A stretch of 64,000 bases of DNA from Pecten maximus (Eukaryota): contig NC_047021.1 of the NCBI RefSeq assembly GCF_902652985.1, forward strand, positions 19,344,001 to 19,408,000. The letters are read 5' to 3'. The notes under the pieces were generated by a model. The model saw only the letters and a program-made list of their open reading frames with translations. It was not told the DNA's origin and searched no databases. A program made the position numbers and the translations under genes. This document shows positions 1-13,819 of the stretch, in pieces (the first letter of the stretch is position 1; the number at the start of each line of letters is the position of its first letter).

Positions 1-1
1 T

Positions 2-679
2 ATCATCCTCAAGCAACCTAACCAGGACTTTCCTGTATATGAGGTACTGCAGGAGAATGGAGAAGGCCGGATCAAGACACTTCACCGGAACCTCCTGCTC
101 CCTATTGGTTCACTTCCTCCACAGGTATCACAGGAACCAAGAGCACCCAAACCACTGCCACGGAAAATGCCGAGACGGAACCCTCCAAGAAAACGACAAC
201 CAGAAACGTCGCACGCAGACAACGATTCGGACGAGGAAGTTGCGGTTGCCATAGAGCTCAGGGAAACAGATACATGTATGGAGGTGGACATTCAGTCATC
301 ACCTCCAGAGTCTTCATTGGATAGTGTTGCAGCCGACACTGACCAGGAAGTTCGGGATGAGGGACTGGAGCCTTCCAATGGCATTGAGGATGGCCAGGAC
401 GATGCAGAGTCCGAATCCGGGAGTAACTCATCGGTAGTGGAGTCTCCAGTTCAGACCAAGAGGTCCAGTCGACACAGACAGGCACCTGCATGGCAGAGAA
501 CTGGAGAATATGTCATGTCTCAGACAGGTACCAGAGCAGAGCCAGATTGGTTGATCCGAGCCAAATTTATAAAGTCCCTAGCACAGGAAGGCACTTTTGA
601 CTGGACATCAAACAGGGTAGCTGATGTGTTACTAAGCGTCATCATTGGAGGAAAACCGAGTATGGATGAAAAAGGATGA
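2..679 (+). CDS. 3' end of Ty3/Gypsy LTR-retrotransposon pol (post-integrase C-terminal region), 5'-truncated by the window edge
   Basis: The frame is open from base 2 and continuous with ORF 167..679: IILKQPNQDFPVYEVLQENGEGRIKTLHRNLLLPIG... The PVY-x-V...TLHRNLLLP motif is typical of the Gypsy integrase C-terminus. An acidic linker and RSSRHRQAPAW follow, then a PPT and TG right after the stop. Confidence 0.85.
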   Translation: MILKQPNQDFPVYEVLQENGEGRIKTLHRNLLLPIGSLPPQVSQEPRAPKPLPRKMPRRNPPRKRQPETSHADNDSDEEVAVAIELRETDTCMEVDIQSSPPESSLDSVAADTDQEVRDEGLEPSNGIEDGQDDAESESGSNSSVVESPVQTKRSSRHRQAPAWQRTGEYVMSQTGTRAEPDWLIRAKFIKSLAQEGTFDWTSNRVADVLLSVIIGGKPSMDEKG

Positions 680-696
680 AGACGAGGACGTCTTCC

Positions 697-1206
697 AAAA
701 GGAGAGGGTGTATGTGGCCAGGTGAACTATTTCAGTATTGCTACAATGAATATTTTATACATTTTGTGATATACTGTTTTAATTCTATCTATTTTTATAA
801 GTATAGTTATTACAGGTCAAGTTAATGTATCCCTTATTACTGTGTGAGTTGCAGAGTTGGTAGGTACTCTGCATGTACATGTAAGTATGCACATACTACA
901 TATATAGTACTGACTCACACTACCTGTGAGTCTGTAAGCTATAAATAGATTTTACCTGTACGTGTGGTATGTATCATGTACAGTCATGTGACTAGTCTAT
1001 CTTTGTGTTGTCCAGTGGTGCATGTAATGTCCAGTATTATCTTTACCTTGACCTGACCTTTTAATTGACATTCAATTTTATTGGCTAAGATATTTTGGAA
1101 GGGAACGTTCTTTGTCAAATATTTTATCAGCCGGAAGTAAAGGAGCTGTGGTGACAGCTGGAGGTTTCCCTGATTCCAGGAAACTTTTTTCATATGGTCA
1201 GCTACA
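697..1206 (+). mobile_element. Polypurine tract (697-708) and probable 3' LTR starting TGTGGCC at 713; the right end is uncertain (candidate ...GCTACA at 1206)
   Basis: AAAAGGAGAGGG lies just after the pol stop and is followed by TG. TGTGGC and GCTACA form a 5/6 inverted terminal pair. The other LTR is outside the window, so the end cannot be confirmed. Confidence 0.6.
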
Positions 1207-1242
1207 ATTAAAATGGTGAGTGTAGTAGTTGTTTAGTATAAT

Positions 1243-1567
1243 TAAGCATTGAGGTTGATTTTTTAAAATTTTCATCGGGGTATAAAGAGAATTTTTTTTG
1301 CAAACTGCAAAAAATCAAAAAAAATCAACCTCAATGCTTATCATTAATTTCAGTTAATTGTCTTTTTCTAATTCAAAACATGTTTTATGTACAATTTTAC
1401 GGGTTTTATTTGGGATTCTTTTTCTCAAATCAATACGCAACGTCAATTGTCGTATTGTGACGTCACATTTTTCGCGCCATTCTCGGAATTTCTTTCATAG
1501 AAGAATGAAAAGAATTTTTCGACCAATCACATTTTAGTATTTACCATGAAAACAAAGAAAAATTAAT
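1243..1567 (+). mobile_element. Non-autonomous hairpin-ended DNA element (Crypton-like), copy 1, with the hairpin internally deleted
   Basis: Inverted arms TAAGCATTGAGGTTGATTTT...AAAATCAACCTCAATGCTTA (1243-1340). The body is the reverse-complement homologue of 39851-40155. Confidence 0.65.
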
Positions 1568-1910
1568 CATTCTCGTATGTAACTACTTTTTTGTTAATGT
1601 AGTTTCAAGATTGAACTGTGTGGATTTAATTGCTAATATTTTTAATTACCATTGTATCATTGCAATTTGAATTAGTAAGTCTATGTCTCGGGGAGTTTTG
1701 ATGCAGTAAACAAAAGTGATTATGGTATCAATGAATATCCTATTGCTTCGATAGTAATAGTAATATATAAGGATATTATCTATTAAATACTTTCAAAACA
1801 TCTGCTTTACAATTTGGGTCTGGTTTTGAATTACTCTACCATTAATTGTCTCATTCTTTATCCTGCATCTATCGCTGTATACGAATGTAGGTCAATTTTG
1901 AAATATATCA

Positions 1911-4900
1911 AAGTCTGGCCTTACTCTTAACTACATACAAGTCTGGCCATACTCTAAACTACATACAAGTCTGGCCTTACTCTAAACTACATACAAATCT
2001 GGCCATACTCTAAACTACATACAAGTCTGGCCTTACTCTAAACTACATACAAGTCTGGCCTTACTCTAAACTACATACATGTCTGGCCATACTCTAAACT
2101 ACATACAAGTCTGGCCATACTCTTAACTACATACAAGTCTGGCCATACTCTAAACTACATACAAGTCTGGCCTTACTCTAAACTACATACAAGTCTGGCC
2201 ATACTCTAAACTACTTACAGGTCTGGCCATACTCTAAACTACATACAAGTCTGGCCATACTCTAAACTACATACAAGTCTGGCCATACTCTAAACTACAT
2301 ACAAGTCTGGCCATACTCTAAACTAGATCCAAGTCTGGCCATACTCTAAACTACATACAAGTCTGGCCATACTCTAAACTACATACAAGTCTGGCCATAC
2401 TCTAAACTACTTACAGGTCTGGCAATACTCTAAACTACATACAAGTCTGGCCATACTCTAAACTACATACAAGTCTGGCCATACTCTAAACTACATACAA
2501 GTCTGGCCATACTCTAAACTACATACAAGTCTGGCCATACTCTAAACTACATACAAGTCTGGCCTTACTCTAAACTACATACAAGTCTGGCCATACTCTA
2601 AACTACATACAAGTCTGGCCATACTCTAAACTACATACAAGTCTGGCCATACTCTAAACTACATACAAGTCTGGCCATAACCTAAACTACATACAAGTCT
2701 GGCCATACTCTAAACTACATACAAGTCTGGCCTTACTCTAATCTACATACAAGTCTGGCCATACTCTAAACTACATACAAGTCTGGCCATACTCTAAACT
2801 ACATACAAGTCTGGCCATACTCTAAACTACATACAAGTCTGGCCATACTCTAAACTACATACAAGTCTGGCTATACTCTAAACTACATACAAGTCTGGCC
2901 ATACTCTAAACTACATACAAGTCTGGCCATAACCTAAGCTACATACAAGTCTGGCCTTACTCTAAACTACGGTACATCAAAGTCTGGCCATACTCTAAAC
3001 TACATACAAGTCTGGCCATACTCTAAACTAAATACAAGTCTGGCCATACTCTAAACTACATACAAGTCTGGCCATACTTTAAACTACATACAAGTCTGAC
3101 CATACTTTAAACTACATACAAGTCTGGCCATACTCTAAACTACATACAAGTCTGGCCATACTCTAAACTACATACAAGTCTGGCCATACTTTAAACTACA
3201 GACAAGTCTGGCCATACTCTAAACTACATACAAGTCTGGCCATACTCTAAACTACATACAAGTCTGGCCATACTCTTAACTACATACAAGTCTGGCCTTA
3301 CTCTTAACTACATACAAGTCTGGCCATACTCTAAGCTACATACAAGTCTGGCCTTACTCTTAACTACATACAAGTCTGGCCTTACTCTAAACTACATACA
3401 AGTCTGGCCATACTCTAAACTACGTACAAGTCTGGCCATACTCTAAACTACATACAAGTCTGGCCATACTCTAAACTACATACAAGTCTGGCCATACACT
3501 AAACTACATACAAGTCTGGCCATACTCTAAACTAGATCCAAGTCTGGCCATACTCTTAACTACATACAAGTCTGGCCATACTCTAAACTACATACAAGTC
3601 TGGCCATACTTTAAACTACATACAAGTCTGGCCATACTTTAAACTACGTACAAGTCTGGTCATACTCTAAACTACGTACAAGTCTGGTCATACTCTAAAC
3701 TACATACAAGTCTGGCCATACTCTAAACTACATACAAGTCTGGCCATACTTTAAACTACATACAAGTCTGGCCATACTCTAAACTACATACAAGTCTGGC
3801 CATACTCTTAACTACATACAAGTCTGGCCATACTCTAAGCTACATACAAGTCTGGCCTTACTCTTAACTACATACAAGTCTGGCCTTACTCTAAACTACA
3901 TACAAGTCTGGCCATACTCTAAACTACGTACAAGTCTGGCCATACTCTAAACTACATACAAGTCTGGCCATACTCTAAACTACATACAAGTCTGGCCATA
4001 CTTTAAACTACATACAAGTCTGGCCATACTCTTAACTACATACAAGTCTGGCCATACTCTAAACTACATACAAGTCTGGCCATACTCTTAACTACATACA
4101 AGTCTGGCCATACTCTAAACTACATACAAGTCTGGCCATACTTTAAACTACATACAAGTCTGGCCATACTCTTAACTACATACAAGTCTGGCCATACTCT
4201 AAACTACATACAAGTCTGGCCATACTCTAAACTAGATCCAAGTCTGGCCATACTCTAAACTACATACACGTCTGGCCATACTCTAAACTACATACACGTC
4301 TGGCCATACTCTCAACTACATACAAGTCTGGCTATACTCTTAACTACATACAAGTCTGGCCATACTCTTAACTACATACAAGTCTGGCCATACTCTTAAC
4401 TACATACAAGTCTGGCCATACTCTAAACTACGTAAAAGTCTGGCCATACTCTAAACTACGTACAAGCCTGGCCATACTCTAAACTACATACAAGTCTGGC
4501 CATACTCTAAACTACATACAAGTCTGGCCATACTTTAAACTACATACAAGTCTGGCCATAACCTAAACTACATACAAGTCTGGCCATAACCTAAACTACA
4601 TACAAGTCTGGCCTTACTCAAAACTACATACAAGTCTGGCCATACTATAAACTACATACAAGTCTGGTCATACTCTAAACTACATACAAGTCTGGTCATA
4701 CTCTAAACTGCATACAAGTCTGGCCATACTCTAAACTACATACAAGTCTGGCCTTACTCTAAACTACATACAAGTCTGGCCATACTCTAAACTACATACA
4801 AGTCTGGTCATACTCTAAACTACATACAAGTCTGGTCATACTCTAAACTACTTTCAGGTCTGGCCATACTTTAAACTACATACAAGTCTGGTCATACACT

Positions 4901-5379
4901 AAACTACATACAAGTCTGGCCTTACTCTAAACTACATACAAGTCTGGCCATACTCTAAACTACATACAAGTCTGGCCATACTCTAAACTACATACAAGTC
5001 TGGCTATATTCTTAACTACATACAAGTCTGGCCATACTCTAAACTACATACAAGTCTGGCCATACTCTAAACTACATACAAGTCTGGCCATACACTAAAC
5101 TACATACAAGTCTGGCAATACTCTAAACTACGGTATATCAAAGTCTGGCCATACTCTTAATTACGGTACATCAAAGTCTGGCCATAGTCTAAACTTCATA
5201 CAAGTCTGGCCATACTCTTAATTACGGTACATCAAAGTCTGGCCATACTCTTAACTATATCCAAGCCTGGTCATACTCCTAACTACATCCAAGATTGGCT
5301 ATACTCTTAACTACATCCAAGATTGGCTATACTCTTAACTACATCCAAGTCTGGCTATACTCTTAACTACATCCAAGAT
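1911..5379. repeat. 28-bp minisatellite, consensus AAGTCTGGCCATACTCTAAACTACATAC, about 120 copies
   Basis: Direct 28-bp periodicity (e.g. 2471 to 2499). Homogeneous core, degenerate right edge. Confidence 0.98.
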
Positions 5380-5386
5380 TCTTACT

Positions 5387-5647
5387 TAAACGGAACTCGG
5401 AACTGGTTTCTAGTTTCATTTATTCAAAACGGAACTGGAAACAAGGACCAAGTCCCGTTAAGTTTATACCTGACTGATAAGTGTCCTTACACTCATATCA
5501 TTTCTTTTTCAGATTCGGGTCTCATATTGAGATAAAGTACGTAGAATGTTTTCTTTAAGGAATTTGGAAACTAATTCCTAGTTCCGTTTTTCTGGTTCCG
5601 AGTTCCGTTTATGTTAAACGGAACTTGGAACTCGGAACTTGGAACCA
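5387..5647. mobile_element. MITE/foldback-like fragment with GGAACT(C/T) subrepeats
   Basis: Perfect 17-bp inverted repeat TAAACGGAACTCGGAAC (5387-5403) / GTTCCGAGTTCCGTTTA (5595-5611), plus further direct copies at 5615-5647. Confidence 0.5.
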
Positions 5648-6687
5648 ACTTCAGGCTCTCTGACATTAAGATGCTATGACTTAATTGTTTAACTAAACCT
5701 GACAAAATTAGAAAAGAACGTTCATGAAAACAAACTTGACTGGTGCGGTAAAGGAACTCGTCAATCACAGACTGCTGGCCACGGCAGTGACAATGGACTT
5801 ACACGGTAGATTATGGGGTTCCTGTTGACTGGATCTGTCTCAGTCTAGGAAGCACATTTCTGAGAGCTCGTCGAGACCTGTCAGTAGTAAATACGACTGT
5901 GGGAGTGATCCTATAGGTCTCATCGTCAGCTTTACGTCGAGAGTCTTGACTATACCCGACCGGGCCAATTACTGCTGGTGTCACTCCTGGACCATCCTTC
6001 GTTTTCAATAACATCCCATTTAGTCATCGAGTTAGAACTCTCCAAGCACATTCAGCTAAATAAATCAATGAAATAATATAATTTAAGATAATTCTTTTTC
6101 TTCGTTTGTTTGTTTTTTTTTTTTAAAATTTACAATAACATGTGTTGATAAAAGTTTTAAGTGATGATGTCCATGATAATTACCTCATAATGAAATTCAA
6201 TACATCATCCAAGGTTTGTTTTCAAACTAACGTTAAAGCTGGCCAAGCTATGGCAGACGACAAATCTTCCACTTCAACTCTAAACAGAATAGACTATGTC
6301 AAATAAAGACATGTTTTCTTCCACCGAGACGACAGTTTGTTTGCGTTAGGTTTCCTCCTGTCTGCTTCAGATTGGCCGTGTAATAGGTACCCAACAAACG
6401 CTACCATATTACTAACGGACGATTCGAGTGAAGGCAGTGGTCTGGACCTGGATAATAATACGATACTCGATAAACAAGGAACTGATAAAATTTTACAGTT
6501 TTTTTTGTTTTGTTTTCATTTTGGTTTAAACTAAAAAGGCCTACGGAGACAAAATCATACCTTTTTATTTTGATAGATTGTACGGATCACGCGGTAGGAT
6601 AAAACATAGGTGTCAAAAGTATTTGCTGTTACAGTTCACAACTCAAAATTTTGCTCTCTTCGTCTGGAACCGGTTTTAGGGAACATC

Positions 6688-9048
6688 TAGGACCGGATGT
6701 TTAGAAGTGACTAGGACCGAATGTAAAGGAGGGTCGAGGACCGGATGTTAGGGTGGTTAAAGAACCGGATGTTAGGGAGTGTCTAGCCGGATGTTAGGGA
6801 GGTTATAGGACCGGATGTTAGGATGTGTCTAGCCGGATGTTAGGGAGGTTAAAGGACCGGATGTTAGGAAGGGTCTAGCCGGATGTAAGGGTGGTTGTTA
6901 AACCGGATGTTATGGACGGTCTACGGACGGATGTAAGGGAGGATCTAGGACCGAATGGCAGGGAGGACCTAGGACCGGATTGTAGGAAGAACCTAGGACC
7001 GGATGGTAGGGAGGACTTAGGAGCGGATGGTAGGGAGGACCTAGGACCGGATGGTAGGGAGGACTTAGGACCGGATGGTAGGGAGGAATTAGGACCGGAT
7101 GGTAGGGAGGACTAAGAACCGGATGGTAGGGAGGAATTAGGACCGGATGGTAAGGAGGAATTAGGAACGGATGGTAGGGAGGACCTAGGACCGGATGGTA
7201 GGGAGGACTTAGGACCGGGTGGTAGGGAGGACTTGGGACCGGATGGTAAGGAGGAATTAGGAACGGATGGTAGGGAGGACCTAGGACCGGATGGTAGGGA
7301 GGACTTAGGACCGGGTGGTAGGGAGGACTTGGGACCGGATGGTAGGGAGGATTTAGGACTGGATGCTAGGGAGGACGTAGGACCGGATGGTAGGGAGGAC
7401 TTAGGACTGGATGCTAGGGAGGACTTAGGACCGGATGGTATCGAGGACGTAGGACCGGATGGTAGGGAGGACTTAGGACCGGATGGTAGGGTGGACTTAG
7501 GATCGGTTGAAGGGAGGACTTATGACTGGATGGTAGGGAGGACTGAGGACCGGATGGTAGGGAGGATTTAGGACTGGATGCTAGGGAGGACGTAGGACCG
7601 GATGGTAAGGAAGACTTAGGACTGGTTGCTAGGGATGACTTAGGACCGGATGGTAGGGAGGACTAAGGACCGGATGCTAGGGAGGACTTAGGACCGGATG
7701 GTAGGGAGGACTTAGGATCGGTTGTAGGGAGGACTTAGGACTGGATGGTAGGGAGGACTTAGGACCGGATGGTAGGGAGGACGTAGGCCCGGATGGTAGG
7801 GAGGACTTAGGACTGGATGCTAGGGAGGATTTAGGACCGGATGGTATCGAGGACTTAGGACCGGATGGTATCGAGGACGTAGGCCCGGATGGTAGGGAGG
7901 ACTTAGGATCGGATGGTAGGGAGGACTTAGGACTGGATGGTAGGAAAGACTTAGGACTGGATGGTAGGGAGGACTAAGGACCGGATGGTAGGGAGGACTT
8001 AGGACCGGATGGTAGGGTGGACTTAGGATCGGTTGAAGGGAGGACTTAGGACTGGATGCTAGGGAGGACTGAGGACCGGATGGTAGGGAGGACTTAGGAC
8101 CGGATGGTAGGGAGGACCTAGGACCGGATGGTAGGGAGGACTTAGGATCGGTTGTAGGGAGGACTTAGGACTGGATGGTAGGGAGGACTTAGGACCGGAT
8201 GGTAGGGAGGACGTAGGCCCGGATGGTAGGGAGGACTAAGGACTGGTGGTAGGGAGGACGTAGGACCGGATGGTAGGGAGGACTTAGGACTGGATGCTAG
8301 GGAGGACTTAGGACCGGATGGCAGGGAGGACGTAGGACCGGATGGTAGGGAGGACTTAGGACCGGATGGTAGGGAGGATTTAGGACTGGATGCTAGGGAG
8401 GACGTAGGACCGGATGGTAGGAAAGACTTAGGTCTGGATGCTAGGGAGGACTAAGGACCGGATGGTAGGGAGGACTTAGGACCGGATGGTAGGGAGGACT
8501 TAGGATCGGTTGTTAGGGATGACTTAGGACCGGATGGTAGGGAGGACTTAGGATCGGATGGTAGGGAGGACTTAGGACTGGTTGCTAGGGATGACTTAGG
8601 ACCGGATGGTAGGGAGGACTTAGGACCGGATGGTAGGGAGAACTTAGGACCGGATGGTAGGGAGGACTTAGGACTGGATGCTAGGGAGGAATTAGGACCG
8701 GATGGTAGGGAGGACTTAGGACCGGATGGTAGGGAGGACTTAGGACTGGATGCTAGGGAGTACTTAGGATCGGATGCTAGGGAGGACGTAGGACCGGATG
8801 GTAGGGAGGACTTAGGACCGGATGGTAGGGAGGATTTAGGACTGGATGCTAGGGAGGACGTAGGACCGGATGGTAGGAAAGACTTAGGACTGGTTGCTAG
8901 GGATGACTTAGGACCGGATGGCAGGGAGGACTTAGGACCGGATGGTAGGGAGAACTTAGGACCGGATGCTAGGGAGGACTTAGGACCGGATGCTAGGGAG
9001 GACTTAGGACTTGATGCTATGGAAGGCTTAGGACCAGATGGTAGGGAG
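6688..9048. repeat. 24-bp G-rich minisatellite, consensus GGACCGGATGGTAGGGAGGACTTA, about 95 copies
   Basis: 24-bp periodicity, with 22-23-bp variants (e.g. around 6790, 7500 and 7715) and a degenerate left edge. Confidence 0.97.
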
Positions 9049-9784
9049 AGAGGGAGAGTCTCAATTTTACAAAACTATTTGATGTGTTATAATTGTCGTT
9101 AAACGTATAACTACTCCTAAACGTCTCTATACACATGGAATGTGTTGTGGTTGTATCGGGATGAAGTTCAAGGAGAACTTGAAGAACAGAATTTAAACGT
9201 TTCCAGGATGCTTACACAAAAGACTACTTAACTCGCGGGTATGTTTATCTCACTTTAGTTCTGATTTCCATTTTGAAAGAGACATGTTCTTCATCCCGTG
9301 ATATCGGCAGAAGGAAAAGATATGTACACCCCGAATACTAAGATTACAGCTTTATCTGAAAATACCATCAGTTACCTGCCGAGAATAGAGGCTAGAGATT
9401 AATAGAACATGCTACTAGGGCTCTCATTAAACAGTTGATTCATTTACGAGGAGTAAAACCCGATACAGCCTGTATTAGAACGTTCATATTTCACGAGCCC
9501 AGGTCGATTTAGATGTGCGAGACACTCCCTAAAACAATAAACTTAACTACTTGAGGAATGTGATGAGTAGTGTTTTTGTATTTTTTCTAACTTGATTATC
9601 CATAACATATTTCTTAATGCAATGTTTTCTTGGGTAAAAGATAGAAGATGAAAGATAAAAAGGACAAACAGACAGACAGGCAGGCAGCTACTGCATAAAA
9701 CATAATCATGTAGTATTAATTTTATTTCTAATTCGACATGCATGTCACTGATCTTCAATGCTATTCTAACTATCATATTATCTT

Positions 9785-10700
9785 ATTTTAACTACTGTAC
9801 AATGCTATTTTAACTACGGAAAATGTTATTTTACTTCCTGTACGATGTTATTTTTACTACGGTACAATGATGATTTTAACTGCTATACAATGTTATTTTA
9901 ACTACGGTACAATGATTATTTTAACTGCTATACAATGTTATTTTTACTACGGTACAATGATTATTTTAACTGCTATACAATGTTATTTTTACTACGGTAC
10001 AATGATTATTTTAACTGCTATACAATGTTATTAAATGATGAACAATGTAATTTTAACTGCTATACAATGTTATTTTTACTACGGTACAATGATTATTTTA
10101 ACTGCTATACAATGTTATTAAATGATGTACAATGTAATTTTAACTGCTATACAATGTTATTTTTACTACGGTACAATGATTATTTTAACTGCTATACAAT
10201 GTTATTAAATGGTGTACAATGTAATTTTAACTAGTGTATTTTATTTCTACTTCGACATGCATGACATTGATCTTCAATGCTGTTCTAACTATCATATAAT
10301 CTTGTTTTAACTACTGTACAATGTTATTTTTACTACGGTACAATGTTATTTTAACTACTGTTCAATGCTATTTTAACTACTGTACACTATTATCTAAATT
10401 GCTGTACGATGTTATTTTAACTACGGTACAATTTTATTTAAACTACTGTACAATGTTATTCTAACTATTGTACAATATCATTGTACTACTGTACAATGTT
10501 ATTTAACTGATGTACAATGCAATTTTAAAGGTTGTATAATATTAATTTGACTGCCGTACAATATTAATTTTACTAAATTACAATATGATTTTCACTAAGT
10601 TACAATATTATTTTAAGTATTGTTAACTACTTTACAATGTTATTTTGACTACTGCACATACATGTAGTTTCAATCTCGTGCAATGTTATTTTGAACTACC
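9785..10700. repeat. AT-rich ~21-24-bp minisatellite (TACAATGTTATTTTAACT core) with 45/42-bp higher-order units
   Basis: Recurrent TACAATG..TTTTAACT. The 15-aa and 14-aa periodicity of ORF 9935..10234 reflects the dimers. A leader at about 9726-9805 is duplicated at about 10245-10325. Confidence 0.9.
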
Positions 10701-11783
10701 ATACATATGTTTGATCAGGTTGAATATTGTATGTAATTTTGATATCTTAATCTAAGATTGTCGTTTTAACCACTGTACATAACGTTGATCTCCTGTACTA
10801 TCATTTAAACCATTATTTGTTCAGTTCTGTTTTCACTATCTCCGTACAGTGTTATTTGAACAGTTAGATGTGCAAATTGTGATCTCGAACAGTGCTGTAT
10901 TAATTCTATGTGTAGTTTTGAAGTGCAATATCTGGCCACTGTGCTGTTTCTTGTCTCGACTGATTAATCATATAGCAGAATTCTCAAGAAAAAGCCAACT
11001 CAATATTTGTATTGTTTAAAATGAGATACAAAAGAATAATTTATTTTTTCAAATTTGTATGTATTTTAAGTCGTAAACAGATTAATCTTGTTTCTCAGCA
11101 AACCTAATCTCTCAACAGTAATTTTTTGTTTAGCTCGTGCCAGGATCGGTGGAATCCGTATCTACAAGTTTGATCTAGGTAAAGACAAACCGCGTTAAAT
11201 TTCCCAAGAATCTTTGTTTGGACAAAGCCGATGTGAGACTTAACGAATGAAGTTCGATATTGCGTCTGGAAGAAGGTGACTTTTAGCTGGCCTGTTTTCC
11301 CCTGCATCGTATCATCAATCCCATGTTTAACGCCTACAGCGTTCCTCACCTTCCCGGAAATCAATCCAAATATCCACCAATCTTGGCCACCGGAAGGTCA
11401 ACCTCACACGTCGTGTAAGGGCTTTAAATGTACTACATCCAAATACGGAACCATGGCGTGGGCGCCGACATCATTGATTTGAAAACTTGTGTTGTAGCGT
11501 GAGCCAGCACGACTGAGATAGGACGTCATCGCCTAACTTTAGTGAAGCAGAACATCTATTTAGTTTATTGGAATACAATGACATATGAACAATTCATTGT
11601 TCCTTTTCATACTTTAGTTCATCAATGTTCTATTACGTAATCATTACCGATCTCATTCGGCTGTTTTTATTGGATAAATCAATTCAACTTAGTTAAACAT
11701 TGGCTTGATACATTTCGTTATACTCCGTGGGTTAACATTACATCTCTGTGTACCATATTGGGTTGATTTCAAAACATGCTTAA

Positions 11784-12165
11784 AGTGTACCCGGAACGAA
11801 AAACGATAATCAAACATGTAATTCTCTGTAATCATCAAAGAAGAATGTCGCAAACCGCATCAAAATCGGTTGACCGAGTGCCGAGATATGGCACATTGAA
11901 ATACGCGATTTACACCTGTCGGTCAACTGCAAGTCAGTGTATCGGTCAGTCAATCTATTTAACGTCACACATGTAGGTTAAGGGAGTAACTGTAAAGGTG
12001 ACCAGCAGTATAGACGGTAGTGTGAACAGTACCAACACAGACATGTCTGAATACGATCTGGACTGACTTTTTAGGTTGATGACTTTGAGGAAGATGGACT
12101 CCAACCAAAGCAGTTTGAGCCTTTAAGAAAATTAAATCTCAGTGAAATGGACTGTACCCGGGACA
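11784..12165 (+). mobile_element. Probable Kolobok-type DNA transposon end fragment with a degenerate start of its accessory (KolX/P2X7-ballast-like) ORF
   Basis: Begins TTAA|AG, consistent with a TTAA target and RR terminus. 12078-12122 reads DDFEEDGLQPKQFEP, resembling the acidic + QPYxFEP N-terminal motif of these proteins. No matching right TIR was found. Confidence 0.4.
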
Positions 12166-12319
12166 TACATATGTACGTCCCTGGTTATACACGATCCTAT
12201 AACCGGTCAATCACAAATAAATGTATATTTTGTATATGTTTACCATTACTTACTTATTAATATTCTATGCAATCAAACAATATTATTACAATTTCCCCCC
12301 CAATTTAAGATTGGTTATA

Positions 12320-12580
12320 TGCAAAATAGGTAATGGATTATAAATGTTTAAAATAGGTACAAATATAGAAAAGGTAATACATTATATATAAAATAGGTAA
12401 TATGTAAATAAAATAGGTTATATATGAAATCGGTAATATATAAATCAAAACAGGTAATATGTAAATAATATATTTAATATGTAGAATAGGTTATATGTAA
12501 ATAAGATAGGTGAAATAATTAAGGTAATATGTAAATAACATACGTAATATGTAAGTAACATAGGTAATATGTAAAATAGC
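12320..12580. repeat. Low-complexity degenerate AAATAGGTAATATGT repeat
   Basis: Many imperfect copies of AAATAGGT(A/T)ATAT. Confidence 0.7.
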
Positions 12581-13429
12581 CAAAATAAAAAGATTTGTTT
12601 CCGGGCGTTACAGACATTCATTGAGGGTTATCCTCCTTTGTATATTAAATATACCATTTCTTAGCCTTAATATAGCCGTAATATGCCACATGGTTTGACG
12701 CAGCATTGGATATTATGGAAAGTGTACAGAAATCCACCATAGTCGTGTTTTTGATACTGAGTGTAAAAAATAGTCCTACCTAACGCAGATTCTCCTCAGA
12801 ATGTATCAGCTATTTATAAAATTTTAATGTCTGGACCAATCAAATGATACATTAACCCCTCGATACTGTCATGACATATTCAGAGCATTTCGAATATAAG
12901 TAATGCCTGGTATAGCCATGTAGTAAGTAACCACTTAATACAGATTAGGTTTCCCACTTTTGTAGTGTGACAATTCGTCATACATCTAATGTAATATGAT
13001 CCTAATAGCAAGGCTCCACCATTAAATTTTTTGAGAATCGCGCGAGACCATCGTTGTCAGACCTCTCTAGCTGTTCAGCCTCTTCGTTTTAATGGCTTTC
13101 AGACGCCTAGCTTTCAACGAGCGCAAGTTTTGCAATGTCTTAAATGTCAAGTTGATTGCGCTTACCAGAACAATTGTATTTTCCGGAGAAAGGACTCGGG
13201 CTGCATTATCAAGCTGAGCGGAGATATTTTGTTCTCTGTGTCCTTCGGTATTTAATCAATGTTTTACACAACTTGTTAGCTTGACTGCAAGAAAGCGCCG
13301 TGTTCCAGACTTTACTGCGCCGTTATACAAAATATTTGTCTGATAATGCACACACTGATCTTGTATCGCAAAATGTAGGATGAAATGACATCAAATGTAT
13401 CTTACCGTCTCTGTAACAAGTGTTTTTTT

Positions 13430-13810
13430 TTTTAACTTAGACATTCTTCGTTTGATGAACATTAGTCTGAAGACTTACTCATTGAAATATAAAAGACAAG
13501 GTTATTGTAGAAAATATAGTTATATCACCCTCAAGTAAGTAATCAATGGGCCATGTACAACTCTGTAATTCCGTCTATGATTACGACTTCTGACGGAAAG
13601 ATGAATGCTTAAGACCATGGGAAAGTTTAATGGCCGATTTCATGATCCCCTTTGAAAATATTCGTACTATAGGAAGTCAGACGTATTCGTCGGCAACGGA
13701 TATACTTAATTTCAGAATGTGACGTAACCCGGATATGACGTATATTTGGATGGCAGGTGAAGATGAAGCAGAAGCCGCTTACCATTCTAGAACACTTGGT
13801 CTTATTCTGG
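13430..13810 (+). mobile_element. Highly decayed Penelope-like element 3' end (RT thumb plus 3' UTR)
   Basis: About 13608-13665 reads LKTMGKFNGRFHDPL*KYS (cf. the LxKFYGRHHDL motif). 13762-13808 is homologous to the UTR at 54515-54561. Confidence 0.55.
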
Positions 13811-13819
13811 TATATAATC

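Noticed and set aside
6891-9048. Repetitive protein (EDLGPDGR on plus; PKSSLPSG or LSPPYHPV on minus) resembling an adhesive or shell protein
   Set aside because: The 22- and 23-bp units break every frame. No signal peptide or convincing splice boundaries.
11104-11530. GC-richer segment with ORFs on both strands (lectin-like SCQDRWNPY noted)
   Set aside because: Stops interrupt each candidate frame, and I could not support any family assignment.
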